From Alphaproteobacteria bacterium (lineage in GTDB: Bacteria; Pseudomonadota; Alphaproteobacteria; UBA828): a stretch of DNA of 64,000 bases. The notes beneath the pieces are model-generated. The model saw nothing but the letters and a program-made list of their open reading frames with translations. It did no database searches and had not been told where the DNA came from. Shown here piece by piece: positions 39,288 through 52,320 of this stretch. The translations under genes were made by a program, and so were the position numbers. The first letter of the stretch is position 1. Each line of letters opens with the position of its first letter. The stretch is from NCBI GenBank assembly GCA_965220745.1, contig CBDCQT010000007.1, positions 192,001-256,000 of the forward strand, in the 5' to 3' direction.

Positions 39288-40208
39288 ATGCGAATCACCC
39301 GGCGCGTCAGAGAAATTCTCTCCTGGTACGAGAGCGACAATCCGGGCACGAAGTCCAACCTCGCCCGGATCTTGATGCACGGCCGCCTTGGCGGCACCGG
39401 GCGCATGGTCATCCTGCCGGTCGATCAGGGCTTCGAGCATGGGCCGGCGCGCAGCTTCGCGCCCAACCCGCCAGCCTATGACCCCCACTACCACTGGCAG
39501 CTCGCCATTGACGCCGGCTTGAATGCATTCGCGAGCCCGCTGGGCATGATCGAGGCGGGCGCCGCAAGCTTCGCTGGCGCGATCCCAACCATCCTCAAGG
39601 TCAACAACGCGAACTCCTTGGGCTCGGCCAAGGATCAGGCGGTGACCGGCTCGGTGCGCGACGCGCTCCGGCTGGGCTGCTCGGCCATCGGCTTCACCAT
39701 CTATCCGGCCTCGGACCATCAGTACGAGATGATCGAGGAGATCCGCGAGCTCGCGGCGGAGGCGAAGGCGCACGGGCTCGCGGTGGTGGTCTGGTCCTAT
39801 CCGCGCGGCGGCGCGCTCTCCAAGGACGGTGAGACCGCGCTCGACGTGGTGGCCTACGCAGCGCACATGGCTGCGCTGGCCGGCGCCCACATCATCAAGG
39901 TCAAGCCGCCGACCGCCCATCTGGAGCAGGAGGCCGCCGCCAAGGCCTACACCGCCGCAGGTGTCGACGGCGAGACGCTGGAGAAGCGCATCGCCCACAT
40001 CATGCAGTCGGCCTTCGCCGGCCGCCGGCTCGTTGTCTTCTCCGGCGGCGCCGCGAAGGGGCTGGAGGGCCTCTTCGGCGAGGTGCGCGCGATCCATGCG
40101 GGCGGCGGCAGCGGCTCGATCATCGGCCGCAACAGCTTCCAGCGCCCGCGCTCCAACGCGCTCGCCATGCTGGACACCGTCATCGGCATATACCGGGGCA
40201 AGGGGTAG
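39288..40208 (+). CDS. fbaB: class I fructose-bisphosphate aldolase (DhnA/FbaB type)
   Basis: ILPVDQGFEHGP, WSYPRG, HIIKVK (Schiff-base Lys), FSGG, IIGRNSFQR. Confidence 0.92.
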   Translation: MRITRRVREILSWYESDNPGTKSNLARILMHGRLGGTGRMVILPVDQGFEHGPARSFAPNPPAYDPHYHWQLAIDAGLNAFASPLGMIEAGAASFAGAIPTILKVNNANSLGSAKDQAVTGSVRDALRLGCSAIGFTIYPASDHQYEMIEEIRELAAEAKAHGLAVVVWSYPRGGALSKDGETALDVVAYAAHMAALAGAHIIKVKPPTAHLEQEAAAKAYTAAGVDGETLEKRIAHIMQSAFAGRRLVVFSGGAAKGLEGLFGEVRAIHAGGGSGSIIGRNSFQRPRSNALAMLDTVIGIYRGKG

Positions 40209-40274
40209 TTCAGTACCGCCGGCCTCCGTCGGAATCGGTGGCGCCGCTCGCCGTCGGCGCCTATAACCCCGCCC

Positions 40275-41096
40275 ATGACGGGGCTTCCCTTCACAAAAAT
40301 GCACGGGCTCGGCAACGACTTCGTCGTGTTCGACGCACGCCAGGCGCCGCTCGCGCTGGACGGCGCGCGTGTGCGCGCCATCGCCGACCGGCGCACCGGC
40401 GTCGGCTGCGATCAACTGGTCGTCCTGGAAGCGCCGCGCAACGGCGGCACCGACGCCCACCTGCGCTTCTGGAACCAGGATGGCGGCGAGGTCGCGGCCT
40501 GCGGCAACGGCACCCGCTGCGCGGCCCGGCTGCTGCTGGACGAGACCGGCGCGGACCGCGTGGTCCTGGAGACCGATGCCGGGCCGCTTGCCGCCCACGA
40601 GGCCGGCGCAGGCCAGGTGCGCGTCGACATGGGACCGGCGCGGCTCGGCTGGCGCGAGATTCCCTTGTCCCGCGCGATGGACACGCTCCACGTCGCGGTC
40701 GGCGCCGGGTCGCTCTTGGACGCCGTAGCGGTCAACATGGGCAACCCGCACGCGGTGTTCTTCGTGGACGATGCGGAGGCCGTGCCGCTGGCCGAGATCG
40801 GCCCCGGCCTGGAGAACGATCCGCTCTTCCCCGAGCGCGCGAATATCGGGGTGGCCCAGCGCCTCGCCGATGACCGCCTGCGGCTCCGGGTGTGGGAGCG
40901 GGGCGTGGGCCTCACCCAGGCCTGCGGCACCGGCGCCTGCGCCGCGGCGGTCGCCGGCGCGCGGCGCGGGCTCACCGAACGCGATGTCACCGTCGTCCTC
41001 GACGGTGGCGAACTGGGGATCGTCTGGCGCGAAGACGGCCATGTCGAGATGACCGGCCCTACCGCCGCGAGCTTCACGGGCGTGCTGCCGGCATGA
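40275..41096 (+). CDS. dapF: diaminopimelate epimerase
   Basis: KMHGLGNDF, CGNGTRC, NMGNPH, WERGVGLTQACGTG. Confidence 0.96.
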   Translation: MTGLPFTKMHGLGNDFVVFDARQAPLALDGARVRAIADRRTGVGCDQLVVLEAPRNGGTDAHLRFWNQDGGEVAACGNGTRCAARLLLDETGADRVVLETDAGPLAAHEAGAGQVRVDMGPARLGWREIPLSRAMDTLHVAVGAGSLLDAVAVNMGNPHAVFFVDDAEAVPLAEIGPGLENDPLFPERANIGVAQRLADDRLRLRVWERGVGLTQACGTGACAAAVAGARRGLTERDVTVVLDGGELGIVWREDGHVEMTGPTAASFTGVLPA

Positions 41097-42340
41097 GCGG
41101 GCTCGAGGTCATCACCATGGGCTGCCGGCTCAATGCCTACGAGTCAGAGGTCATGCGCGGCCGTGCGCGTGCTGCGGGGCTCACCGAGGGCATCATCGTC
41201 AACACCTGCGCGGTCACGGGCGAGGCCGAGCGCCAGGCGCGCCAGGCGATCCGCCGCGCGCGCCGGCACAACCCCGATGCCACCATCATCGCCACCGGCT
41301 GCGCCGCCCAGCTGGACCCCGCAGGCTATGCCGCGATGCCCGAGGTCGACCGGGTCATCGGCAACCGGGAGAAGCTCACGCTGGAGGGTCTGGCGCCCGG
41401 CGCAGACGCGCCCATCGCGGTCGGCGACATCATGGCGGTGCGCGAGACCGCCGGCCATCTGGTCGCGGGCTACGAGGCGCGCTCGCGCGCCTTCGTTCAG
41501 GTCCAGAACGGCTGCGACCATCGCTGCACCTTCTGCATCATCCCCTTCGCGCGGGGCCCGAGCCGGAGCGTGCCGCTCGGCGCGATTGCGGCCGAGGTGC
41601 GGGCGCTGGTGGCGGCCGGCCATCGCGAGGTGGTGCTGAGCGGCGTCGATCTCGGCCACTACGGCGCCGACCTGCCGGGCCGGCCAAGCCTTGGCGAGGC
41701 GGTGCGCCGCCTGCTCCAGGCGGTGCCGGAGCTGCCGCGCCTCCGCCTTTCCTCCATCGATCCGGTCGAGGTCGACTCGGAACTAGAGCGGCTCTTCGCC
41801 GATGAGCCGCGCCTGATGCCGCACCTCCACCTCAGCATCCAGGCCGGCGACGACATGGTGCTCAAGCGGATGAAGCGCCGCCATAGCCGCGCCGACGTGC
41901 TGGCGCTCTGCGAGCGGCTGCGCGTACTCCGGCCGGAGATCGCCTTCGGTGGCGACCTGATCGCGGGCTTCCCCACCGAGACGGACGCGATGTTCGAGAA
42001 CACGCGGCGCCTGATCGAGGACGCCGGGCTGGTCTGGCTCCACGTCTTCCCCTATTCGCCTCGCCCCGGCACGCCGGCGGCGCGCATGCCCCAGGTGCCG
42101 GGGCCCGAGCGCCGCGCCCGCGCCGCCGCGCTGCGCAGTGCCGCCGAGGGCCCACGCCGACGCTTCCTGCAGGGGCGCATCGGCCATGAGAGCCGCGTGC
42201 TGCTGGAGCAGCCCGAGAGCGGGCGCGACGAGTGCTTCGCCGAGGTCGCGTTCGACCGTCCGGCAGGCGAGCCCGGCACTCTGGTGCAGGCCCGCATCAT
42301 TGGCGTGGCAGGCGATCGCCTGATCGGGACCGCCGCCTGA
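41093..42340 (+). CDS. mtaB: tRNA methylthiotransferase MtaB
   Basis: GCRLNAYES, NTCAVT, radical SAM CDHRCTFC, HVFPYSPRPGT; lies between dapF and ftsY. Confidence 0.92.
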   Translation: MSGLEVITMGCRLNAYESEVMRGRARAAGLTEGIIVNTCAVTGEAERQARQAIRRARRHNPDATIIATGCAAQLDPAGYAAMPEVDRVIGNREKLTLEGLAPGADAPIAVGDIMAVRETAGHLVAGYEARSRAFVQVQNGCDHRCTFCIIPFARGPSRSVPLGAIAAEVRALVAAGHREVVLSGVDLGHYGADLPGRPSLGEAVRRLLQAVPELPRLRLSSIDPVEVDSELERLFADEPRLMPHLHLSIQAGDDMVLKRMKRRHSRADVLALCERLRVLRPEIAFGGDLIAGFPTETDAMFENTRRLIEDAGLVWLHVFPYSPRPGTPAARMPQVPGPERRARAAALRSAAEGPRRRFLQGRIGHESRVLLEQPESGRDECFAEVAFDRPAGEPGTLVQARIIGVAGDRLIGTAA

Positions 42341-43281
42341 TGGCGCGGGAAGAGGGCGGCGGGCGCGGCCTGTTCGCGCGCCTCAAGGCAGGACTCAGAC
42401 GCACCTCCAACAGTCTCACCGGCGGCATCGGGGCCATCTTCACCGGCCGCCGCCTCGACGACGAAGCGCTGGAGGAACTCGAGGAGCTGCTCATCGCGGG
42501 CGATCTCGGCGCGGCGACAGCGGCCGAGCTCACGGCAGAGCTCGCCCAGCAGCGCTTCGGCAAAGAGGTGTCCGCCGCCGAGGTGCGCCAGGCGCTCGCC
42601 GACCAGATCGCCGACTTGCTGGCGCCGGTCGAGGGGACGCTGGCGATTGAGGAGGACGCCAAGCCCCACGTGATCCTGGTGGCCGGCGTCAACGGCACGG
42701 GCAAGACCACCACCATCGGCAAGCTCGCCCAGCGGCTCGGCCGCGACGGGAAGCAAGTCATGCTGGTCGCGGGTGACACCTTCCGCGCCGCCGCCGTGGA
42801 GCAGCTCACGATCTGGGGCGAGCGGGCCGGGTCGCCGGTGGTCGCGCGCCCCGACGGCGGCGATCCCGCCGGCCTCGCCTTCGATGCGCTCGAGCGCGCG
42901 CGGGCGGAAGGCATCGACGTGCTCCTGATCGACACCGCCGGCCGGCTGCAGAACAAGACGCACCTGATGGCCGAGCTGCAGAAGATCGACCGCGTGCTCA
43001 AGAAGCTCGATGAGCGCGCGCCGCACAGCCGCCTCCTGGTGCTCGATGCCACCACCGGCCAGAACGCGCTCAATCAGGTCGATGTCTTCCGCGAGGCCAT
43101 CGCCGTCGACGGCCTGGTCATGACCAAGCTCGACGGCACGGCGAAGGGCGGTGTGCTGGTGGCGCTGGCGCAGCGCTTCGGCGTGCCTGTGGTCGCAATC
43201 GGCATCGGCGAGGGGATCGACGACCTGCGCCCCTTCGAGGCTCGTGCCTTCGCTTCAGCTCTTATGGGGTTGGACGAATAA
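42340..43281 (+). CDS. ftsY: SRP receptor FtsY
   Basis: GVNGTGKTTT, DTFRAAA, DTAGR, TKLDGTAKGG, GIGE. Confidence 0.96.
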   Translation: MAREEGGGRGLFARLKAGLRRTSNSLTGGIGAIFTGRRLDDEALEELEELLIAGDLGAATAAELTAELAQQRFGKEVSAAEVRQALADQIADLLAPVEGTLAIEEDAKPHVILVAGVNGTGKTTTIGKLAQRLGRDGKQVMLVAGDTFRAAAVEQLTIWGERAGSPVVARPDGGDPAGLAFDALERARAEGIDVLLIDTAGRLQNKTHLMAELQKIDRVLKKLDERAPHSRLLVLDATTGQNALNQVDVFREAIAVDGLVMTKLDGTAKGGVLVALAQRFGVPVVAIGIGEGIDDLRPFEARAFASALMGLDE

Positions 43282-43391
43282 CACTTTACCGCTCACGGCA
43301 GCCGGCCTGCGGCCGGCGCCTCCGCGAGGGCGCCGCAGAGCGGCGGGCCGCGGTCGCGGCCTATCGCGAGCCCGTCAGAGACGGCCTCGCT

Positions 43392-43958
43392 TTAGCGACG
43401 GGCGGGGATGCCCGGCCGGTAGTCGCCGACGTCGCCCACGGGATTGGTGAACGGTGCGAATTCGCCGTTCTCGGGCGCCTCGGCATGGTGGCGGAGCGCC
43501 CAGGTCACCGACGGGAAGGCGAGAGAATCCCACGGAATCTCGTTCGGCTCGAAGAGTTCGACCTCCAGGCTTTCGAACCCCGGCGCGATCTCGGGCCGCA
43601 CGAGGTGCGCCCGGTAGAAGAGCTGCACCAGAGAGATACGGGGGATGGTGTAGACCGCGAGCAGCGCGTCGATCGCGATCTCGGCACAGGCTTCCTCCTC
43701 GGCCTCACGCCGGGCGCCCTCTGCGGGGTCTTCGTGCAGTTCCAGGAAGCCCGCCGGCAGGGTCCAGAAACCGGCCTGCGGCTCGATGGACCGGCGACAG
43801 AGGAGGATGCGCCCTTCCCAGGTCGCGACCGAACCGACGACGATCTTCGGGTTCTCGTAGCGGATGAAGCCGCACGCATCGCAGACCAGGCGCGGCCGGT
43901 CGTCGCCCTCGGGCACCCTGCGCACGATCGGGCCGCCGCTGTTCGGATAGCGCCCCAT
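43392..43958 (-). CDS. NUDIX hydrolase with N-terminal CxxC
   Basis: RLVCDACG..YENPK, WTLPAGFLE...GARREAEEEA, LAFPS; start ATG 43958. Confidence 0.9.
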   Translation of the reverse strand: MGRYPNSGGPIVRRVPEGDDRPRLVCDACGFIRYENPKIVVGSVATWEGRILLCRRSIEPQAGFWTLPAGFLELHEDPAEGARREAEEEACAEIAIDALLAVYTIPRISLVQLFYRAHLVRPEIAPGFESLEVELFEPNEIPWDSLAFPSVTWALRHHAEAPENGEFAPFTNPVGDVGDYRPGIPARR

Positions 43959-44181
43959 ATGCCTGAGTATGAGGCGCCCGCTCGCTGCGAGTCCAGCGAT
44001 CCGGTCGCCGATCGGGGAGCGAAAGCCTCGTCCGACCGCCCGCCCAACGACACGAGGTCGTGATTGGCGATACTCATTGGCGCGACTCATGTTATGCCCT
44101 ACTGGCTTGGCACAACGATGCCGGCCCGCTGCGTGCGCGGGGCACAGGAACCCTGCGCCAACGTCAGGAGGAGATGGACCG

Positions 44182-46047
44182 GTGAGACTCAGCAGAAGAC
44201 GCTTCGTTCAGGCCTCCGCCATCGCCGTCGCGTCGTCGATCGCGCCAGTGTCGTACCTTGCCGGGAGCAGGGCGACCGAGGCGGCATCCCCCGCCCACGG
44301 GCTCTCGCTCTTCGGCGACCTGAAATACGGCCCCGACTTCCCGCACTTCGAGTACGTGGACCCTAATGCGCCCAAGGGCGGCCTGCTGCACCTCGCCACG
44401 GTCGATACCTACAGCACGCTCAATCCCTTCACGCTGAAGGGCACGAGCGCGGCTGGAGCCGGCCTGCCCTTCGAGAGCCTGCTCGAAGGCTCGGCAGACG
44501 AAGCGGACGCGGCCTACGGGCTGGTCGCCCAGAGCGTCGCGCTTGCGCCCGACCGGCTCAGCGTCCGCTTCCTTCTGCGGCCCGAGGCGCGCTGGCACGA
44601 CGGCACCCCGATCACGGCCCGCGATGTCGCGTTCTCCTTCGAGATCCTCACCACCGAGGGCCATCCCGCCTTCGCCAACCAGCTTGCCGGCGTCGACCGG
44701 GTCGAGACCACTGGCGATCACGAGGTTACGTTCCATCTCGCCGACCCCGACAACCGCAAGCTGCCGCTGATCGTGGGCGGGCTCTCCATCGTCTCCGAAG
44801 CCTATTACCGGGACCACGCGTTCGGTGAGACGACGATGGAGCCGCCGCTCGGCAGCGGCGCCTATCGCATCGCCAAGGTCGATCCGGGCCGCTCCGTCAC
44901 CTACGAGCGCGTGGCGGACTATTGGGGTGCCGGGCTCCCGCTCAATGCCGGCCGCTATAATTTCGACACCATCACCTACGACTACTATCGCGACCGCACG
45001 GTGCTGGTGGAGGCACTCAAGGCCGGCGAATTCGACGTCCACGAGGAGTTCACGTCCAAGGTCTGGGCGACGCAATACGACATCCCAGCCGTCGAGGAAG
45101 GATGGCTCATCAAGGATGTGCTGAAGGACAACACGCCGTCGGGTGTGCAGGCCTTCTTCTTCAACACACGCCTGCCCAAGTTCCAGGACCGCCGCGTGCG
45201 CGAGGCGTTCGCCTACGCCTTCGACTTCGAGTGGCTCAACAAGAACCAGTTCTATGGGCTCTACGACCGCATGGCGAGCTACTTCGAGAATTCGGAGCTC
45301 GCGGCGCGCGGCCTGCCGTCCGAGGCCGAGGTCGCCCTGCTCGATCCCCACTGGGGCGCCGTGCCGGAGGAGGTCTTCACCAAGGCCTTCGTGCCGCCTG
45401 CGACCGACGGCTCCGGCAACAACCGGCGCAACCTGCGCGCCGCACGCGCCCTGCTCGAGGAGGCCGGCTGGGTCACGGAAGAAAGAAAACTCGTTAACGC
45501 CGAAACCGGCGAGCCGATGACGGTCGAGTTCCTCTACTTCGAGCCCACCTTCGAGCGCATCTACGCGGCCTTCGCCCGCAGTCTGGAGCGCCTCGGCGTG
45601 GGCGTCACGCTCCGTCTCGTTGACGGCGCGCAATACGAGGAGCGGCTCAAGACCCACGATTTCGAGATCACGACGATCCGCTTCGTGTTCAGCCTCTCGC
45701 CCGGCGCCGAGCTCAACTCCTACTTCGCGTCCAGCACCGTGGATCAGGTCGGCTCGTTCAACATCGCCGGCATCGATGACCCGGTGATCGATGCGCTGAT
45801 CGCCGAGGTCGCCGCCGCGACCGACCGGCCAAGCTTGATCGCCGCGGCCCGCGCGCTCGACCGCGTGCTGCTCTGGGGCCACTACATGATCCCGCAGTGG
45901 TACAAGGGGGCACATCATCTTGTATACTGGAACAAGTTCGACCGGCCGGCGCTCAAGCCCCGCTACGCGCGGGGCATCATCGACACCTGGTGGGTCGATC
46001 GGGAGAAGGACGACGCCTTGAGAGCCTACCGCGAAGGCACGGCGTGA
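44182..46047 (+). CDS. yejA: peptide ABC transporter substrate-binding protein (YejA-like), Tat-exported
   Basis: SRRRF, LKYGPDFPHFEYVDPNAPKGG, ARWHDG, DYYRD, RALDRVLLWG, DTWW. Confidence 0.9.
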   Translation: MRLSRRRFVQASAIAVASSIAPVSYLAGSRATEAASPAHGLSLFGDLKYGPDFPHFEYVDPNAPKGGLLHLATVDTYSTLNPFTLKGTSAAGAGLPFESLLEGSADEADAAYGLVAQSVALAPDRLSVRFLLRPEARWHDGTPITARDVAFSFEILTTEGHPAFANQLAGVDRVETTGDHEVTFHLADPDNRKLPLIVGGLSIVSEAYYRDHAFGETTMEPPLGSGAYRIAKVDPGRSVTYERVADYWGAGLPLNAGRYNFDTITYDYYRDRTVLVEALKAGEFDVHEEFTSKVWATQYDIPAVEEGWLIKDVLKDNTPSGVQAFFFNTRLPKFQDRRVREAFAYAFDFEWLNKNQFYGLYDRMASYFENSELAARGLPSEAEVALLDPHWGAVPEEVFTKAFVPPATDGSGNNRRNLRAARALLEEAGWVTEERKLVNAETGEPMTVEFLYFEPTFERIYAAFARSLERLGVGVTLRLVDGAQYEERLKTHDFEITTIRFVFSLSPGAELNSYFASSTVDQVGSFNIAGIDDPVIDALIAEVAAATDRPSLIAAARALDRVLLWGHYMIPQWYKGAHHLVYWNKFDRPALKPRYARGIIDTWWVDREKDDALRAYREGTA

Positions 46048-46184
46048 AGGCCGGAGAGGGCCACCGGCGACCCCGCCGGTCCTGTAGCCCGGCCGTCGTG
46101 CCACCCGGTCGGCCGATGCCGAGAGAGGGCGGGTGCTGAAGAAGCAAGAGCACGCCGCTTAGCACCGCACGCGCCGCGACAGCC

Positions 46185-47294
46185 ATGTTCGCCTACATCG
46201 TCCGCCGACTGCTGCTGATCATCCCGACGCTGTTCGCGATCATGGTGATCAACTTCGCGATCATCCAGATCGCGCCCGGCGGCCCAGTGGAGCAGGCAAT
46301 CGCGGAGCTCACAGGCAGCGCCGTGGGCGCGACGGCGCGTATTTCCGGCGCGGGCCCCGGCGAGGTGGGGACGGAGAGCCAGTTCGACATCTCGCAACGC
46401 GCCGACACGAGCAAGTACCGCGGCGCCCGCGGCCTCGACCCCGAGCTGATCGAGCGGCTGGAGAAGGAGTACGGCTTCGACAAGCCGCCGCTCGAGCGCT
46501 TCCTCCACATGATGGGCCAGTACGTGCGCTTCGACTTCGGGTCCAGCTTTTTCCGCGACGACCGCGTGGTCGATCTGGTCCTCGACAAGCTGCCGGTCTC
46601 GATCTCGCTCGGGCTCTGGACCACGCTGCTGGCCTATCTGATCTCGATTCCCTTGGGTATCGCCAAGGCGGTGCGCGACGGCCAGCGCTTCGACGTCTGG
46701 ACCAGCGGGGTCATCATCGTCGGCTACGCGATCCCAAACTTCATCTTCGCGATCCTGCTGATCGTGCTCTTCGCGGGCGGCAGCTACGTGGATTGGTTCC
46801 CGCTGCGTGGACTTGTCTCCAACGATTTTGGGGAGCTCTCGCTGCTCGGCAAGATCGAGGACTATTTCTGGCACCTCGCGCTGCCGATCCTGGCGATGGC
46901 GGTGAGCGGCTTCGCCACCACCACGATGCTGACCAAGAACTCCTTCCTGGATCAGATCAGCCAGCACTACGTCATCACCGCGCGCGCCAAGGGGCTGACG
47001 GAACGCCGCGTGCTCTACGGCCACGTCTTCCGCAACGCGATGCTGATCATCATCGCCGGACTACCCGGCGCTTTCATCGGCATCCTGTTCACCGGCGTGC
47101 TCCTGATCGAGGTCATCTTCTCGCTCGATGGGCTGGGGCTCCTGGGTTTCGAATCCCTGCTCAAGCGGGACTACCCGATCATCTTCGGCACTCTCTTCTT
47201 CTTCACGCTGCTCGGGCTCGTCGTGAACCTGATCGGCGATCTCATGTACGTCATCATCGACCCCCGCATCGACTTCGAGACGCGGGAGGTGTGA
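46185..47294 (+). CDS. yejB: peptide ABC transporter permease YejB
   Basis: [38 protein letters not shown]. Confidence 0.92.
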   Translation: MFAYIVRRLLLIIPTLFAIMVINFAIIQIAPGGPVEQAIAELTGSAVGATARISGAGPGEVGTESQFDISQRADTSKYRGARGLDPELIERLEKEYGFDKPPLERFLHMMGQYVRFDFGSSFFRDDRVVDLVLDKLPVSISLGLWTTLLAYLISIPLGIAKAVRDGQRFDVWTSGVIIVGYAIPNFIFAILLIVLFAGGSYVDWFPLRGLVSNDFGELSLLGKIEDYFWHLALPILAMAVSGFATTTMLTKNSFLDQISQHYVITARAKGLTERRVLYGHVFRNAMLIIIAGLPGAFIGILFTGVLLIEVIFSLDGLGLLGFESLLKRDYPIIFGTLFFFTLLGLVVNLIGDLMYVIIDPRIDFETREV

Positions 47295-47297
47295 GCG

Positions 47298-48322
47298 GTG
47301 GCGCTCTCGCCCATCACGCGGCGCAGGTTCTACAACTTCCGCGCCAACCGCCGCGGCTACATCTCGTTCTGGATCTTCCTCGCGCTGCTGCTGTTCACGC
47401 TGTTTGCGGAGTTCATCGCCAACGACAAGCCCATCGTCTTAAGCTACGACGGTGATCTCCACTTCCCGATTTTCTTCGAGTACGCGGAGACCGAGTTCGG
47501 CGGCGACTTCGAGACCGAGGCGGACTATCGCGATCCCTTCGTCGCCGAGCTGATCGAAGAGAAGGGGTGGATGGTCTGGCCGCTCATCCCCTACAGCTAC
47601 CGGACCATCAACTACGACCTGCCGGTGCCGGCACCGGCACCGCCATCCGCCGACAATTGGCTCGGCACAGACGACCAAGGGCGGGACGTGCTCGCCCGCG
47701 TGATCTACGGCTTCCGATTATCGGTCCTGTTCGGCCTGATTCTCACCGCGGCCGCGTCCGTCATCGGCATCGCCGCGGCCGCGGTGCAGGGCTTCTTCGG
47801 CGGCTGGATCGACCTCACTTTCCAGCGCTTCATCGAGGTTTGGTCCGGGCTGCCACAGCTCTTCATCCTGATCATCCTGTCCAGCATCATCGAGCCCAAC
47901 TTCTGGGTCCTGCTGGTGATCCTGCTGCTGTTCAGCTGGATGGCGCTGGTGGGCGTGGTGCGCGCCGAGTTCCTGCGGGTGCGCAACTTCGACTATATCC
48001 GCGCGGCCCGCGCGCTCGGCGTCGGCAACATCGCGATCATCTTCCGCCACGGTCTGCCTAACGCGATGGTCTCCGCCGTCACCTTCCTGCCTTTCATCCT
48101 GGTGGGCTCGATCACGTCGCTGACTTCGCTCGACTTCTTGGGCTTCGGCCTGCCGCCGGGCGAGCCCTCGCTGGGTGAGTTGCTGCGCCAGGGCAAGGCC
48201 AACCTGCAGGCGCCCTGGCTCGGCATCGTGAGCTTCGTGGTGCTCGCGCTCATGCTGAGCCTGCTGATCTTCATCGGCGAGGCCGTGCGCGACGCCTTCG
48301 ACCCGCGCAAGCTGGTGGGCCG

Positions 48323-48326
<4 letters not shown>
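47298..48326 (+). CDS. yejE: peptide ABC transporter permease YejE
   Basis: EFIANDKP, FGGDFETEADY, LGTDDQGRDV, GEAVRDAFDP. Confidence 0.92.
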
Positions 48327-49972
<1,646 letters not shown>

Positions 49973-49995
49973 GCGCTCCGATCAGAAAGCCTGTA

Positions 49996-50214
49996 TCAGG
50001 ATTGATCGTCGAAGACGGACATTCGCTTGATCGAAGATGCGCGACGCTCGGCCCGAGCCTCCCGCGCCCAAGCCTCGACGTCGATGCCGCGCGCCTTCAC
50101 CGAAGCCTGCAGCTTGTCGAGGGCTTCCAGCTTCTTTTGCGCGCGTGGGCTTACGCTGCGTTCTACCACGCGCATCGTCTTGGATTCCCGCGAAGAGATT
50201 GGCTCATCATTCAT
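49996..50214 (-). CDS. small hypothetical protein, possibly an orphan antitoxin-like peptide
   Basis: 72-aa helical ORF from ATG 50214 filling the yejF-dapE gap; less GC-biased than neighbours; promoter-like sequence directly upstream. Confidence 0.5.
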   Translation of the reverse strand: MNDEPISSRESKTMRVVERSVSPRAQKKLEALDKLQASVKARGIDVEAWAREARAERRASSIKRMSVFDDQS

Positions 50215-50220
50215 GAAATT

Positions 50221-50249
50221 GTGATATATCGCCATACCCTGTTCGTCAA
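50221..50249 (-). promoter_or_regulatory. sigma70-like promoter, probably leaderless
   Basis: Minus strand TTGACG (50249-50244), 17 nt, TATCAC (50226-50221), 6 nt, ATG (50214). Confidence 0.4.
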
Positions 50250-50270
50250 GTTAGCAAGCCGACTGCGACC

Positions 50271-51455
50271 TCACGTCTCCGCGAAATACCGCTCCAGGAC
50301 GCCGAGATAGATATCGGCGAGCCGCTCCATCGCCTCCACAGGCACGCATTCGTCGGTGCGGTGCATGGTCCGGCCGATCAGGCCGAACTCGGCAACCGGG
50401 CAGTGGTCCTTGATGAAGCGTGCGTCCGAGGTGCCGCCGGTGGTGCTGAGCGTGGGCGTCATGCCGGTCACGGCAGCGACGGCCTCGGCGATGATCGTGC
50501 TGAGCGGGCCCGGCGGGGTGACGAAGGCCTCGCCCGAAACCTCGGTCGCGAACTCGTAGGGCTCGCCGGTCGCATCGAGGCTCGCGCGAATGGTGCGCTC
50601 GAGGCTCGCCCCGGTGTGACGGTCGTTGAAGCGGACGTTGAAGCGCGCCGCCGCCGCGCCCGGAATGACGTTCGTCGCCTCGTTGCCGACATCGATGGAG
50701 GTGAACTCCAGCTGACTCGGCTGGAAGTGATCCGTGCCCTGGTCCAGTTCCAGCGCGAGCAGGGCATCGAGCAGGGTCACCAGGCGGGGGAGAGGGTTGT
50801 CCGCCAGCGCCGGATAGGCCACGTGTCCCTGACGCCCGGTGACCCGGAGCCTGCCGTTGAGGCTGCCGCGTCGGCCGATCTTCACCATCTCGCCGACCTC
50901 GTCGGGGTTGGTGGGCTCACCCACCAGGCAGACATCGAGGGTCTCGCCCCGGTCCGCGAGCCAGTCCAGCACCTTGCGCGTGCCGTTGATGGCCGGGCCC
51001 TCCTCGTCGCCGGTGATCAGCAGGCTGATGGAGCCGCCGCCTGCGGGGCGCTCGCCGAAGCGCGCCACGGCAGCGACGAAGGCGGCAATCGCCCCCTTCA
51101 TGTCGCTCGCGCCCCGCCCGTAAAGGACGCCGTCCTCCACTTGCGCCGCGAAGGGCTCGCGGGTCCAGCCCGCACGGTCACCCGTCGGCACCACGTCGGT
51201 GTGGCCCGCGAAACAGAAGTTGGGCGCATCTTCGCCCCGCCTCGCGTAGAGGTTGTCGACCCGCGCCGTGCCCGGCTCCTCGAAGGGCAGGCGGTGGCAA
51301 GTAAAGCCGAGTGTCTCGAGCGCGCTCTGGAGTACGTCGAGCGCGCCGGCATCAGCCGGCGTGACGCTCTCGCAGCGGATCAGCGCGCGGGCAAGCGCCA
51401 GCGGATGCGCGAGCGCCTCAGCGCCCGCCAGGTTCTCAGTGTTTGCCTCGCTCAA
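50271..51455 (-). CDS. dapE: succinyl-diaminopimelate desuccinylase
   Basis: [41 protein letters not shown]; TTG start overlapping the dapD stop. Confidence 0.95.
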   Translation of the reverse strand: MSEANTENLAGAEALAHPLALARALIRCESVTPADAGALDVLQSALETLGFTCHRLPFEEPGTARVDNLYARRGEDAPNFCFAGHTDVVPTGDRAGWTREPFAAQVEDGVLYGRGASDMKGAIAAFVAAVARFGERPAGGGSISLLITGDEEGPAINGTRKVLDWLADRGETLDVCLVGEPTNPDEVGEMVKIGRRGSLNGRLRVTGRQGHVAYPALADNPLPRLVTLLDALLALELDQGTDHFQPSQLEFTSIDVGNEATNVIPGAAAARFNVRFNDRHTGASLERTIRASLDATGEPYEFATEVSGEAFVTPPGPLSTIIAEAVAAVTGMTPTLSTTGGTSDARFIKDHCPVAEFGLIGRTMHRTDECVPVEAMERLADIYLGVLERYFAET

Positions 51456-52297
51456 TTGCGGAGCAGCTCGTTGATCGAGGTCTTGGCCCGAGTGCCCGCG
51501 TCCACCCGCTTGACGATCACCGCACAGTAAAGGCTGGGGCCGGGCAAGCCGTCCGGCAGCGCCTTGCCCGGAATCGAGCCCGGCACGACGACCGAATAGG
51601 ACGGGATGCGCCCGCGATGGACCTCGCCGGTCTCGCGGTCGATCACCCGGGTGGACGCGCCGACATACACGCCCATCGCCAGCACCGCGCCCTGCTCCAC
51701 GATGACGCCTTCGGCCACCTCGCTGCGCGCGCCGACGAAGCAGTCGTCCTCGATGATCACCGGATTCGCCTGTAGCGGCTCCAGCACGCCGCCGATGCCG
51801 GCGCCACCGGAGATGTGGCAGTTCTTGCCGATCTGCGCGCAACTCCCCACCGTGGCCCAGGTGTCGACCATGGTGCCGCTATCCACGTAGGCGCCGATGT
51901 TGACGAAGGAGGGCATCAGCACCACGCCGGGCGCCACGTACGCCGAGCGCCGCACGATGGCGCTGGGCACGGCGCGGAAGCCAGCCTCCTGAAAGCGCGC
52001 CTCGTCCCAGCCCGCGAACTTGGACGGCACCTTGTCGTACCATGACGTATCGGCCCCAGGCCCGCCCGGAATCGTTGCCATGTCGTTGAGCCGGAAGGAG
52101 AGCAGCACCGCCTTCTTGAGCCATTGGTTGACGATCCAGGTGTCGCCCTGCTTCTCCGCGACGCGCGCCTCGCCGGAATCGAGCAGGGCGAGAGCGGTCT
52201 CTACCGCCTCTGCTGCGGCACCGCCGCTCGCGGGCGAGAGCATGTCGCGCTGCTCCCAGGCGGCCTCCACCGCGCGCTCCAGGTCCACTAAGTTCAC
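51452..52297 (-). CDS. dapD: tetrahydrodipicolinate N-succinyltransferase
   Basis: [50 protein letters not shown]; GTG 52297 after GGGAGAGG. Confidence 0.96.
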   Translation of the reverse strand: MNLVDLERAVEAAWEQRDMLSPASGGAAAEAVETALALLDSGEARVAEKQGDTWIVNQWLKKAVLLSFRLNDMATIPGGPGADTSWYDKVPSKFAGWDEARFQEAGFRAVPSAIVRRSAYVAPGVVLMPSFVNIGAYVDSGTMVDTWATVGSCAQIGKNCHISGGAGIGGVLEPLQANPVIIEDDCFVGARSEVAEGVIVEQGAVLAMGVYVGASTRVIDRETGEVHRGRIPSYSVVVPGSIPGKALPDGLPGPSLYCAVIVKRVDAGTRAKTSINELLRN

Positions 52298-52320
52298 GGG
52301 CCTCTCCCTTGTTTCGTGCT

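Noticed and set aside
43282-43391. GC-rich spacer after ftsY considered as SRP RNA
   Set aside because: Lacks the conserved SRP domain IV motif (CAGG...GGAAG...AGCAG).
44108-44122. TGGCAC...TGC sigma54-like sequence upstream of yejA
   Set aside because: GG-to-GC spacing is 9 nt rather than the required 10.
47143-47160. GGGTTTCGAATCCC, resembling a tRNA T-arm
   Set aside because: Inside the yejB coding sequence, with no cloverleaf around it.
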